Below the pieces are notes generated by a model, which ran no database searches, was not told the DNA's origin, and saw nothing but the letters and a program-made list of their open reading frames with translations. A stretch of DNA of 63,813 nucleotides, counting the filler, from Octopus bimaculoides (Eukaryota), in NCBI RefSeq assembly GCF_001194135.2. It is 7 parts of 6 records of this genome, joined end to end, with 100 filler letters (N's around TTAATTAATTAA, not from the genome) between each part and the next. Parts side by side here need not be neighbours in the genome. Positions count along the whole stretch, not along the records: positions 8,248 to 30,307 come from NC_068993.1; positions 30,408 to 35,089 come from NC_068989.1; 5 more parts are not named here. One strand, 5' to 3'. Positions 21,850 through 33,450 of this stretch are shown here, piece after piece; within the stretch, counting starts at the first letter, position 1, and each line of letters starts with the position of its first letter. Made by a program: the position numbers and the translations under genes.

Positions 21850-22985
21850 GCAACATATAACCTAATACAACCTGTCGCGTTTCGGGCCATCGGCGACTAA
21901 ACCGGCAACCCTAAAAAGCCTGCTTGGTAAGGAGAGCATTCTATTTTTTTCTGTAAGACACCATGCAGGATGAAAAACAAAACCTGTCAAAGGGCAGATG
22001 AACTCCATTGAGTCAACGGCCATCCAACAACTGTAAAACAATCGGGAGTGATGAACCCCTAACTGTTCACAGCATCCTTCTAGGATCCTGCGGTTTCACG
22101 TGATTAGTGGTCATATCGCTTCGGACTGTCACAAGGTAAAAATCAAGGAGATTCAAAGAGTGATACACTAGTATACATCACTAAAATCTAGTGACATACT
22201 GATGTCGCTTTATGGTGATCACATTTGTCATTCCATCTACTGAAAGTGCTATGGCAAAGGAAGAGTGGCAATGAGTGCAGACCTATCCAGTAAGAAGATC
22301 CAATATTGAAATTTAATTGCGGAACATCTTATCCCAGAAAGTGACTTGACCAATCTAGTGGAAATTACAACTTTTGTTTGACGTCTTTGCTTGGAGCAAA
22401 GTAGATCTGCCGCGGGAATGAGCAGCCATCTAAGCGGTGGAGGACGAAAAGTCAGAAACGCAAATGACTGTGTGTAAGCACAAGGAAACGGCAATCATCT
22501 GTGAACATGGAGCAATTGCCATGCATGCTTACATGCATACATGTATGTATGTACGTATGTACGTATGTATGTGTATGCATGCATGTATGTATGTATGTAT
22601 GTATGTATGTATGTATGCATGTATGTATGTATGTATGTATGCATGTATGTATGTCTTTTGCTGGCCTCAATCTCATCTGCGAACGCATGGAAAACGAACC
22701 TCCACCAACTATTCTGCCTATAGGTCTGTGAACACCTTTGAATGCAGTGTATGCCAGAAGGTTTGCAAATCCAAAGGAGGCCTCAAAAGACATTTTTAAA
22801 TCCACAAAGAGTAGAACTTATCTGCAGCTCTTGGTGGTCCAAATCGGAGGTGCAATCTATGTGGGTGTCTTTTCAGAACATTGTCTGGTTTAAAAAGCCA
22901 CATCAGATGCCATGATGGTGCTAAGGTGTAGGTACAGGGGGTGGTCAAACTCTGCATATGGAGTAGACAACTACCATGTATGTAT
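21850..22985 (+). mobile_element. Internally deleted RTE LINE (5' UTR-like part, degenerate middle, C2H2-finger C-terminus, TATG tail)
   Basis: 21870-22030 aligns to 23300-23470. The 3' part encodes SFAGL.SHLRTH, CSVCQKVCKSKGGLKRHF.IH and CNLCGCLFRTLSGLKSHIRCH. Confidence 0.75.
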
Positions 22986-23278
22986 GTATGTATGTATGTA
23001 TGTATGGATGGATGTATGTATATGTGTGTGTGTGTGTGATATATGTATGTAAGTATGTATCTATGTGTATGCATGCATATAATTTGATTGTTTGTATGTA
23101 TGTAGGTATGTCATGTGTGTATGCATGTATGTAAAGTATGTATATATGTATGTTTGTATGTAATGTATATATATATATATATATATGTATGTAATGTATA
23201 TAATGTATGAATATAATGTATGTATGTATGTAATGTGTATAATGTATGTATGTAATGTATGTATGTATGTATGTTATG

Positions 23279-26200
23279 TCAGGTCACTTTCGAGTGCTAC
23301 TGGTAACATGTAACCCAGTGCAACCTGTTGCATGGTCAGGCCGTCAGCGACTAAACCGGCAACCCAACCAAGCTTATTTGGTGAGGAGGGTGTTGTTGGA
23401 CACCCTGCGGGATGAAAAACAAAACCCGTCAAAGGGCGGAGGAACTCTTGAGAATCAACAGCCATCCGATATGTGTGTAATTATGTATTTACTGTATATC
23501 CCCCTTTTTCTCACTAATTTTATATATTGTATATTTTTATAGTTTGCTCATTATATATATTTTTATGTATTCCATATTGTATATTTTATGTATATATTGT
23601 ATATCAATATTTTTATATATCGTACGTTTTTTTTAAAATCTATTTTATCCAGCTTATGGCTGTATCTTGCGCAGGGACATAGAAATAATCGGACTGAATA
23701 CCCGATCGCGCGGTTAAGCCATTGGGAGTGATGGCCCCCTAGCTCTTGTTAGGGCATCCTTCAAGGAGAAGGCAACTCAGGCAACTGGGATAACTCCGAC
23801 ATAAAACCTGCGGCTCAGTGGTTACCGATGATGTTGACTTGTTCTTCTTTTCGGGTTATGGCTGCTGTTGCTTAGCGAGTGGGATTGACTCGGTGCACAG
23901 CCTTTCCTCACTTTAAAAAAATTCTTCTTGCACAGGCACTGCACGAAAGCAACATTGATTGATTGACTGTGATTAATTAATTAACTAATTGATGATTGTT
24001 GATAGTGCTATGAGTCAATCAACGATGTTCCAAAACAGTAAAAAAATAAATGGCAGTAATGACTCTGGAACCAAATCAGGTGAAAGAGTCTGGCTCGGCA
24101 GGGTATCCAGAGCATCACAGTCTGAACCCGGCCTCATCGTGCAACTTGTGATAGAAACAAATAAAATATTGAATATTGGCTGTTGGAATGTACGGACACT
24201 GCTTGACTGCTCTTGTTGCGAAGGAGCTTCGACGCTATGATCTTGAGATGGTTGCTTTATCTGAGATGAGATGGTCATCTTACAGAACCTTGTGGAAAAT
24301 ATACATTCTTTTGGAAAGTAAGAGTTTAGAGGAGAGGCTGGAGTGGCATTTGCTGTTAAGACTACTCTTGTGGACATGTTGGAAGAATTCTCAGTCGGGA
24401 TTAACGAGCGTCCATGAGAATTCCTTTGGTTAGAGGAAATTATGTGACCTTGGTGAGTGTGTATGCTCCAACTATGTGCTCTGCTGATGACGAAAAGTTT
24501 CTTTCTACTATACTTTGAAGGGCATTATAAGAAACATCCCTAGGGCAGACAAAGTCATAGTACTGGGTGACTTTAATGCCAGAGTGGGTAGGGATTTTGA
24601 CACATGGACTGTAATTGGAAGGCATGGGGTGGGAAAGTGTAATAGTAATGGTATGCTTCTGCTGCAGATGAGCGAGGAGCTGCGTATGTGTGTTACCAAT
24701 ACCATGTTTCAACAAAAGAATAAGTTTAAAGCCACATGGATGCACCCTGCATCTAAAGAATGGCATATACTGGATTACATTCTTGTTAGGGTGACTGATG
24801 ATATGTGCAGTGTGTTCGTGTTCTTCGTGGGACTGAGTGTTGGACTGACCACCGCCCGGTACGTGCACAAGTGAAATTAATCACAAAACGTAAAATCCGG
24901 GCTGCAGGTATATCCCTGCCTAAAAGACTGAATGTTGCTCGTCTTAGGTGTAATAGTGTGAAGAGAACTTTACGAGAGGAAATGAATGTTGCAGTTATTG
25001 GGGAGGATTGGCCGACCCTTAAAAATTCAGTTTAAGATATAGGCAGGATTGATACAAAGAAAGCATTAAGATTGGTTTAAAGAAAGTGATGAACATATAG
25101 ATGATTTATTGGCTGATAAAAGACGTACTCTGTCACGCTATTTGTCAACAAAGCCACAGGAGAGAGATGTGTTGCATAGAGAACTCAAGGATGCGAAATC
25201 ACGTGAGAGGCGGAGGCTCTCTCAGATGAGGGATACGTGGTGGAGTTAGAAGGCTGATGAGATACAGGTGTCGTCGGATTCCAATAACACAAAGCTGTTG
25301 TATGGTCTCTTGCGAGAAGTTTATGGACTGACTTCTCTGATGACACCATTTCGAAGTAAGGATGGTAAAGAACTTCTTCGTGATTCACAAGGAATTCTGC
25401 GAAGGTGGCGAGAACACTTTGATGAACTTTTGAATCAACAGTCAGTAGTTAGTGAGGATGTTCTCAACCTCATCCCTGAATTACCTGTGAGGGCGGCTCT
25501 CGCGGAACCACCAATGTTGGAAGAAGTTGCGGTAGCTGTCTCAAGGATGAATAATGGAAGGTCACCGGATATGGATGGCATACATGCGGAGTTGCTACAA
25601 CATGACGGTAAGAAACTTCTGCAGCAACTTCACTCCTCGTTTGGCAGGATATGGGCTAGTGAATCTGTACATGAGGACTGGAGAGATACAGTAATGGTGG
25701 TCTTATATATAAGGGAAAGGGCAACAGGAATGATTGAGGTAACTATAGGGGAATATTATTGCGTTCTGTCGTAGGAAAGGTTTTATGCAGAGTACTTCTG
25801 GATCGTCTGCTGAAACACGTTGCAGATTGTGTTCTTCCAGAAAGTCAATCTGGCTTTCGTGTGGGACGCGGCACTGCTGATGTGATCTTCTCAGCTAGAC
25901 AGCTTCAGGAGAAGTGTGTGGAACAGGGTCTGGATTTATATCAGGTTTTTGTCGATCTGACAAAAGCCTTTGATACCGTTAATAGAAATGCACTGTGGAA
26001 AGTCCTTCAGAAACTTGGTTGTCCTGAAAAGTTCCTTGCTTTGGTTAGGTCTTTTCATGAAGACCTGAAGGTTAGGGTTAATGTTAGAGGTAAAATGTCG
26101 GAGCCAATCTCAATACAAAATGGAGTGAAACGGGCATATTCTGGCACCGACCCTATTTGCCATATATTTTGCGATGGTTTTCTGTATTGCGTTCAGAAAT

Positions 26201-27550
26201 TGCAGATATGGTGTTTACTTCCATTATCGAACCCCTGGAAGCATATTTATTATCAGGCGCTTTGCTGCAAAAACAAAGGTATTTACCTCTATCATAAGAG
26301 ACCTTTTGTATGCAGAAGATTGTGATCTAGTAGCGCACACAGAGATTGATATGCAACACATTTTGAATGCATTCTCTGATGCTTGCACTGCCTTAGGATT
26401 AACAGTCAGTCTCAAGAAAACTGTTGTCATGTACTAACCTGCCCCTGGTAAGGCATATAGTAAAAAAAACCTATGTGCATGGTAAACGACTTGGTGTAGT
26501 TGATCTGTTTGTCTACCTGGGAAGCACTGTTAATAGATATAGCAATTTGGATAGTGAAATTCCATACAGAACTAGGAAAGCAAGTGATGCTTTCGGAAGG
26601 CTAGAAAGGCGCCTCTAGTGTCGGCGAGACATATGCAGGAAGACAAAGATAAAGGTGTACAAGGCGTGTGTACTCTCTTCTCTTCTTTATACCTGCGAGA
26701 CCTGGGTCACATATCGATACCACCTTAAACAACTGGAACATTTCCATCAGATGTATCTCAGACGGATCTATGGCATTAAGTGGGAGGACCGCATCAGTGA
26801 TCTTGAGATATTGGAAAGCTCTCGGTGTGAAATTATAGACGCTCTTGTGTTGAGGCAAAGGCTCAGACGGAGTGGTCATCTGGTCAGGATGAAAGATTCA
26901 AGGATGCCAAAACAACTCTTTTATGGAGAGTTAGCTAAAGGAGAACGACCTCCACATAAACCAAAAAAGAGGTATAAAGACTTGCTGAAGGCTTCCTTGA
27001 GAGATGCTAGCATCTCTCCTGACACATGGGAGGGCATAGCTATTGACCGTAGCAGGTGGAGAAGGATTGTGCATGAGGGGACAGCTACTTTTGAGAAATC
27101 TCGAGTTGCGCATGAGAAAGTAAGGAAGGATGTCAGGAAGGGCATCGTTCTTGCACTTCCAGACGGTAAGGGTCTTCTTATGATGCTGACATGCAGTGTC
27201 TGTACAAGACCTTGCCTCAGTAAAGCTGGACTTAAGAGTCATCTTCGTAGTCATAAAACGAGACCGAGGATTGACTACCAGGCCGCTGGTGGTAGTGCTA
27301 CACACCATACTAATCATATCTATCAGGCATGTGGAAGGGAATGTGATTCGGCGGGAGGACTTAAACGACATGCAAAGGTACATGAAGTCCAATTACAACT
27401 ACAGCCGGTTTTAGCTGCCAACTCTGTGCAAGATATTGTAGATCTTCGGCTGGGCTAAAAAAAAGTCACATTCGATCACAGCACCGTTAACAGTTAAGCC
27501 TCGTGCAATGGCCATACTCGATAACGAGAGGGCAGCCATCATGTATGTAT
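23279..27550 (+). mobile_element. Near full-length RTE-clade (BovB-like) LINE, inactivated
   Basis: APE endonuclease (IGCWNVRTL, VALSE.RW, VYAPT, LGDFNARVG, HILDYILV, TDHR), RT (PESQSGFR.GRGT.D, FVDLTKAFDTV, LLYAED), C-terminal RMPKQLFYGEL, and a (TATG)n tail. Several stops and frameshifts. Confidence 0.92.
24160..27490 (+). pseudogene. RTE ORF (EN, RT and three C2H2 fingers), disrupted
   Basis: ORF pieces 24515-24874, 24805-25035, 25268-25774, 25759-26325, 26174-26437 and 26655-27458, with the last finger in a shifted frame ending at TAA 27488-27490. Confidence 0.88.
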
Positions 27551-27574
27551 GTAATATATGAATATAATGTATGT

Positions 27575-27690
27575 CAGTGTTACTCAACCTTTTTACCCTT
27601 GCGTAACCCTTAAAATAAATTACATGTCTCAAGGAACCCCTGCACAAAAAGATTATATACCATATTTTTCTCATTTTTTTCATCGCAGTT
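27575..27690 (+). mobile_element. hAT-like MITE left end
   Basis: CAGTGTTACTCAACCTTTT start and GGAACCCCT subterminal motif, similar to CAGNGGTTCTCAACC hAT/Charlie-type termini. Confidence 0.45.
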
Positions 27691-27729
27691 CACGTGGTAA
27701 ATATCATATATATATATATATATATATTT

Positions 27730-27982
27730 AATAATAATAAAGGGTAAAATTAATTAATTAATAATTTTACCAAGTAGTTCGGTATGCTAAAATAACCTTT
27801 ATCGGTAACCTTATACGAACATTCTATAATTATTAGCATAATTATAGTTAGGGTTCAGCAAATTGCTTCTTATAATTATAGAATGTTTGTATAAGGTTAC
27901 CGATAAAAGTTATTTTAACATATTGAACTACTTGGTAAAATTATTAATTATTAATTAATTAATTTTATCCTTTATTATTATT
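27730..27982. repeat. Foldback with about 107/114-bp inverted arms and a 32-bp spacer
   Basis: 27730-27836 is the imperfect reverse complement of 27869-27982. Confidence 0.9.
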
Positions 27983-28434
27983 GAAAATATAATTCACTCT
28001 CTGATAGTAAACTGCAGTGTCTGCGGGATTAGCACACGTGGGTGATTGGGGAAGATTGCGAGTTCTCACTTGTCTGTATAAATTTGGAAGTGCTGGTTTT
28101 TGGATATTAGCTATTCGATGTCGCTTGGTCGAATATGTATTTAATTATTAGTACTCTCAAATTTATAATTGAAATACTACACTGAAGACGGAAATAAGTG
28201 AGTGAAAATTAAATTTTACATCTCTTTAATCCAGAAACGCATATGTAATTGATCAAAGCTGGGTGGATTCGTTATTTTTTCTCTTTACCTACGTGAATTG
28301 AGAGTATTGCTGTCTGGGAGATATCTTATGGTAGAGGAATAGTATTTAACTGCTATTTCTAAATTTCAGTATGTGGTGAAGCAATTTGCTGAACCCTAAT
28401 TATAATTATGCTTATAATTATAGAATTTTTGTAT
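27983..28434 (+). mobile_element. PLE pseudo-LTR-like segment with a TATA-like motif and hammerhead-like motif (28178-28247)
   Basis: TATAAAT near 28075. UACA-CUGAAGA-CGGA...UCCA-GAAA-CGC-AUA/UGUA. The segment ends in an inverted copy of 27812-27868. Confidence 0.55.
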
Positions 28435-28463
28435 ATGCATATATACATACATATATGTACGTA

Positions 28464-28538
<75 letters not shown>

Positions 28539-28654
28539 NNNNNNNNNNNNNNNNNNNNNNNNNNNNNNNNNNNNNNNNNNNNNNNNNNNNNNNNNNNNNN
28601 NNNNNNNNNNNNNNNNNNNNNNNNNNNNNNNNNNNNNNNNNNNNNNNNNNNNNN

Positions 28655-28718
<64 letters not shown>

Positions 28719-28844
28719 TATGTAAATACGTACATATATGTAAGTATATATGCATATATCTGTATGTATATATATATACATATATATATATATATAGATA
28801 TATATATATATATACATAGATACATAGATACATAGATAGATAGG

Positions 28845-29060
28845 TATAGTCAAATTAAACATGAACAAGCAAGAAAAAATACGAAAAAAACAACGCGCAG
28901 ACGTGGAATAAGTACAGTGTTATTGGACGCCCAGGAAAAGAAAGAAAAGAAAGAGGATTTAACGTTTCGATCGGAAATCTTCGTCAGAAATATAGGAAAA
29001 GTCCAAAGAAGGGAAGACAGAGAAAGAAAATTGCCAACGATGCACACGCGGTCACATATT
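28845..29060 (-). mobile_element. PLE-type non-autonomous repeat
   Basis: Homologous to 3055-3262 and followed by a long simple-sequence tract. Confidence 0.7.
28957..28991 (-). ncRNA. Minimal type-I hammerhead motif with an intact core
   Basis: AUUU-CUGACGA-A-GAU(UUCCG)AUC-GAAA-C-GUU/AAAU. Stem III is the palindrome ACGU, which can pair only in a dimer. Confidence 0.65.
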
Positions 29061-29299
29061 GGAATGACCCGAAGGGAAAGGGTGGAGGAAAAGTTCTTTT
29101 CAAAGACAGGAGAGTGCAAGAGAAGGAGGTGTGTGTGTGTGTGTGTGTGTAATGATAGCACGTGTGTGTGTTTGCATGTGTGTGTAGTTGTGGCTGATTA
29201 TGTATGTGTGTGGTTGGACATAGTATCGTTAAGGTCATAGGAATAATTTATAGTCAGAATTTTGGCAGGAGTGGAGAATGGTCAGTAGAAAGGTGCTGC

Positions 29300-30230
29300 T
29301 AGTTTGAAGTATGTGTGAGTGCGTATATGTATATATAGTGTGTGTGTTTTGTTTCCAGTGTGCGTGTGTGTATGTATGTATGTGTGTGTACGTGTGGGTA
29401 TGTGTGTGCGCGTAAGGTTGTGTCTGTACAGTAATTATACTTTACTCTGTGTGTGTGTGCGTGTGTGTGTGTGCTTGTATGTGCGTGCGGAGGTATGTGT
29501 GGGCTCATCTGCGTGTGCATGTGTGTGCGTGGGTATATGTGTTTGTGCGTGTGTATGTGTGTTTGTGCATGTGTGTGTGAACGAGGGGTTGTGTAGGAGG
29601 TATAGGTGCGTCTTTTTGCGCGTGTATGCATGTGCGTGTGTGTGTGCGTGTGTATGTGTGTGCGTATTCGGGTGTGTGTACGTGTATGCGTGGGGTTGTA
29701 AATGTTAGGTATGTGTGCGTTCATATGCATGTGTACGTGCGTGTGTGTGTGTATGTGTCTATATATGCATGTGCGTGCGTATGTATATGTGTGTGTGAAC
29801 GTGGAAATATGTGTCGGGTTATGCGTGCATTTCGTTGCGTGTATGCGTGTGTGCTTCAGTATGTATGTGTATGTGGTTGTGTGTGCGTGTGTACGTTTAT
29901 GTTTGTGCGTGTATATAGGTATGTATGTCTGTGTGTGCGTGGGGTTGTGTGGGTTAGGCATCTGTGCATTCCTGTGTGTGTGTGTCTGTGTGTGTGCGTT
30001 TGTACACGTGTGTGTGTACGCACATGTGTATGCGCGTGGGAGTATGTGGGTGTGTGGGTGTGCATGTGTGCGTGCGTGTGTGTACGTGTGTGGAAGTATG
30101 TGTGTGTACATGTGCACGTATGTGTGTGGTTTGTGTGGGAGGTATATATGCGTTCATGTGTGTATACGGGTGCGTGTGTTTTTTCCTGCGTGGATATGTA
30201 CGTATGTGCGTGTATGTGTTTGTGTATATA
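29300..30230. repeat. About 0.93-kb cryptic alternating purine-pyrimidine (GT/GC/AT) tract
   Basis: Directly visible. It produces spurious HTHT/VCVC ORFs. Confidence 0.9.
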
Positions 30231-30407
30231 GAAAAAACAATGAATTATAAATATAACACAACAATAAATATAAAAAAAAGTTGAAAGGCGATAAAGAAGT
30301 GAAAAATNNNNNNNNNNNNNNNNNNNNNNNNNNNNNNNNNNNNNNNNNNNNTTAATTAATTAANNNNNNNNNNNNNNNNNNNNNNNNNNNNNNNNNNNNN
30401 NNNNNNN

Positions 30408-30649
30408 GTAGGTGCCTTAGGTATAATAAAAAAATATTCAGACAAATACATAACAAAAACACCAGGACTTACAAATATATATAACATACAGAAAATTGCA
30501 CTACTGGGTACTGCACACATTCTACGCAAAACACTTTCAATACAGTAAACATAAGAGCACCACAGCAAACCACAGCACATACCCAAGGCGCACAGAGCTG
30601 CACTCGGTAGTGAAGTGAAAGCACGTTATAAAAATAAAACTACTGAACA

Positions 30650-30681
<32 letters not shown>

Positions 30682-30774
30682 GATGATGATAATAATAATA
30701 ATAGCAACAATAATACTGATGATGATGATGATGATGATGATGATAACAAAAATGATAATGATGATGATGATGAT

Positions 30775-30873
<99 letters not shown>
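30408..30873 (+). mobile_element. 3' end of an R4/Dong-like (RLE-class) non-LTR element followed by an (AAT/GAT)n array
   Basis: VGALGIIKKYSDKYITKTPGLTNIYNIQKIALLGTAHILRKTLS*, a 3' UTR, then (AAT)n. Confidence 0.75.
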
Positions 30874-30949
30874 CGTTTCTATTATAGGCAGAACGCCTAA
30901 AATTTGGTGGAGGGGTAAACTCAACTGGTACTTAATCTAGCGACGCCAG

Positions 30950-32185
30950 ACGTAATAACGTACCTCCGTCGATGTCAAGCGTCTAAACATCAGCAACTTA
31001 GAACAACACATTGTGAAACAAAACGTATACGAAAACCTGAGCACCACGTTGGGCTAATTCGACATTGGTACAAAGGCAGTAAAAGGACGACTGGGTGCTA
31101 TTCAGAGACGTGATGTACTACACTGCACTCACTCATCCGGGCCACAATGTGCTTAGACACCAAGATGGATTTAACAAAAACGATGAGGAAAATCAGAATC
31201 TGCTTGATGAGGTGCATGAAGCCTACAGAGCCTCTCAGCAAGCTAGAACATCGGATTCCAAGAGAGCATTCTACAACTCTATCAAGAGGTGGGTACATGT
31301 AAAGCTCAGAGAGATGATGGATTCCTGGCTCAGCAACATGGCGGATGAGATACATAAATGTGCTCAGAACAACAACTCCAAGATCTACAATGCCTTAAAA
31401 ACCATCTACGAGCTGCAGTCGTACAGAATATCATCACTGCTCATTACTAACGGGACCACTCTCCTCATTGACAAACACGCAACCCTGAAAATCCCTCTAT
31501 CAACGCTGAAGCCATTGTTCACATGCCCAAGTTGACAACAAAAATCCCTGGCATAGCCACCAACAGAAGCAGAGGTTCAGAAAGCGGTTGCACTTCTTTC
31601 AAGTAGAAAGGCAGCACGCTCTAAGACCTCCATAGCACAAAAGCTCACCAGCCTCATTCAGACAATGTGGCAACAGAAGAAATTGTTCCTCATGAATTGA
31701 AGGATGCTTCTATTGTACATATTTACAAGAGAAAGGGAAACAGGTAATCCTTAGAGAACCACCGAATAATTTCTCTCCTTACCATCGCTAGCAAGATACT
31801 CGCAAGAGTCCTCCTTAACATCACTCAAGACAAAGAAGACGGGTATCGACCAGATAGTCGGTGCAGCTGCAGAGAGGGCTGTGGGACATACGACATGTCG
31901 TTTGCAGCACGCCAACTCCAGGCGAAGTATCAGGAACAACACATATATACACAATGTTTGAAGACTTTACCAAGGCTTTTGGAACCGTCAGTCGTGAGGG
32001 TTTTTGAAACCTCGCTTGCCCAAACGAATTCATCAGCATAGTGCGCCACCTTCGCAACGGCATGCTCAGTCGGGTGTTGGACAGGGAAATTCTTCTATTG
32101 TTTTACTGGTCACTAGTACAGTCAAGCAAGGGTGTGTACTCACGCCTATGCTTTTCAGCATGATGTTCTCAAGAATATGACAAGA
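30950..32185 (+). pseudogene. RTE (BovB-like) LINE fragment, linker to RT
   Basis: KLREMMDSWLSNMADEI, DASIVHIYKRKG, ISLLTIASKILARVLLN, MFEDFTKAFGTVSREG, GCVLTPMLF. Confidence 0.8.
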
Positions 32186-32221
32186 GCTTTCTGCAATCTG
32201 TGCGCGCGCGCGTTTGTGTGT

Positions 32222-32515
32222 GAAGATGCATGGATCAGTGGCTAGAGCGGCGGGCTCATAAACATGAGGTACTGAGCTCGATTCTTGGGCCAGGTGTGTT
32301 TCGTTCTTGAGTAAGTCTTTATTTCAAGTTGCTTTAGTTCACACAGCTCTAGAAATTAGTTGCGACGTCACTGCTGCCAAGTTGTATCAGCCTTTGCCTT
32401 TCCCTAACATCGATAGAATGATGAGAAGGCTGGTATGAATGGGCGACTGCTGATCTTCTATAAATTTATTTGTCCCGACTTGTACCTCAGAGGGGAACAT
32501 CCTATGTGCAGTCTC
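32222..32515 (+). mobile_element. SINE family D (tRNA-like head, CORE-like centre)
   Basis: TGGATCAGTGGCTAGAGC A-box-like and GAGCTCGATTC B-box-like motifs, then CTTGAGTAAGTCTTTATTTCAAGTTGCT. Confidence 0.55.
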
Positions 32516-32642
32516 TGTACCTATATATATANNNNNNNNNNNNNNNNNNNNNNNNNNNNNNNNNNNNNNNNNNNNNNNNNNNNNNNNNNNNNNNNNNNNN
32601 NNNNNNNNNNNNNNNNNNNNNNNNNNNNNNNNNNNNNNNNNN

Positions 32643-32685
<43 letters not shown>

Positions 32686-33179
32686 TACATACATATATAT
32701 ACTCAAAGAAAGATCGATAGATTAAGATATATATATATAGCAATATATAGGTACGCATCACACGCACACAATCAGATACAGCATTAAGCATATCATATTA
32801 TTTCACGCAGTGCTATACATAGAGTTTGCTGTTCCTTATGAAGAAATATATGCTATCTATTTGTCTTTAATAATGCATTATTATAGAAAGCCAATAGATG
32901 TGTCACAAGCAAAAGCATCTTGTCCAAATAGAGATGCGTACATGTTTTATATTGCACAGTATCATGTTGACCATATTTCACGACTTCATGTGAAATTTCC
33001 CACTGTGTTTTATATATTATACTCGCAATGACTATGTGGTTTTCTTTTATACAAAATTTAGAATTTACATTATGTTAAAGCAATGTAGAAGACATTCAAT
33101 CCGAGTTAAACATTATGTAATATAGTCGACGTAATTCTGTACATTTGCGAACGTTTATTCCTTTTTGCGTCATATTCAG

Positions 33180-33296
33180 GATATACACTTATCCAAAAAA
33201 GCAGTCAGACAAGAATGCAAACTGGTCACTGAACTTGATATCAAACAATTGTATTGGCAACATCAAGCGAAGAGGTTGCATAAACAGAATCAAGAA
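33180..33296 (+). CDS. Candidate internal exon (39 codons) of an unidentified gene
   Basis: Pyrimidine tract TTCCTTTTTGCGTCATATTCAG acceptor and GAA/GTATCA donor. Reads DIHLSKKAVRQECKLVTELDIKQLYWQHQAKRLHKQNQE. No homolog recognised. Confidence 0.2.
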
Positions 33297-33377
33297 GTAT
33301 CAATGGATTGAGATGAAAAGCAAAATGAAGAGGATATTACATTTTACGACATACATTTCTGTTTTGAGACTCTTAAC

Positions 33378-33450
<73 letters not shown>

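Noticed and set aside
26655-27458. 267-aa ORF as a host zinc-finger gene
   Set aside because: It is the C-terminal part of the RTE LINE ORF, continuous with upstream RT remnants.
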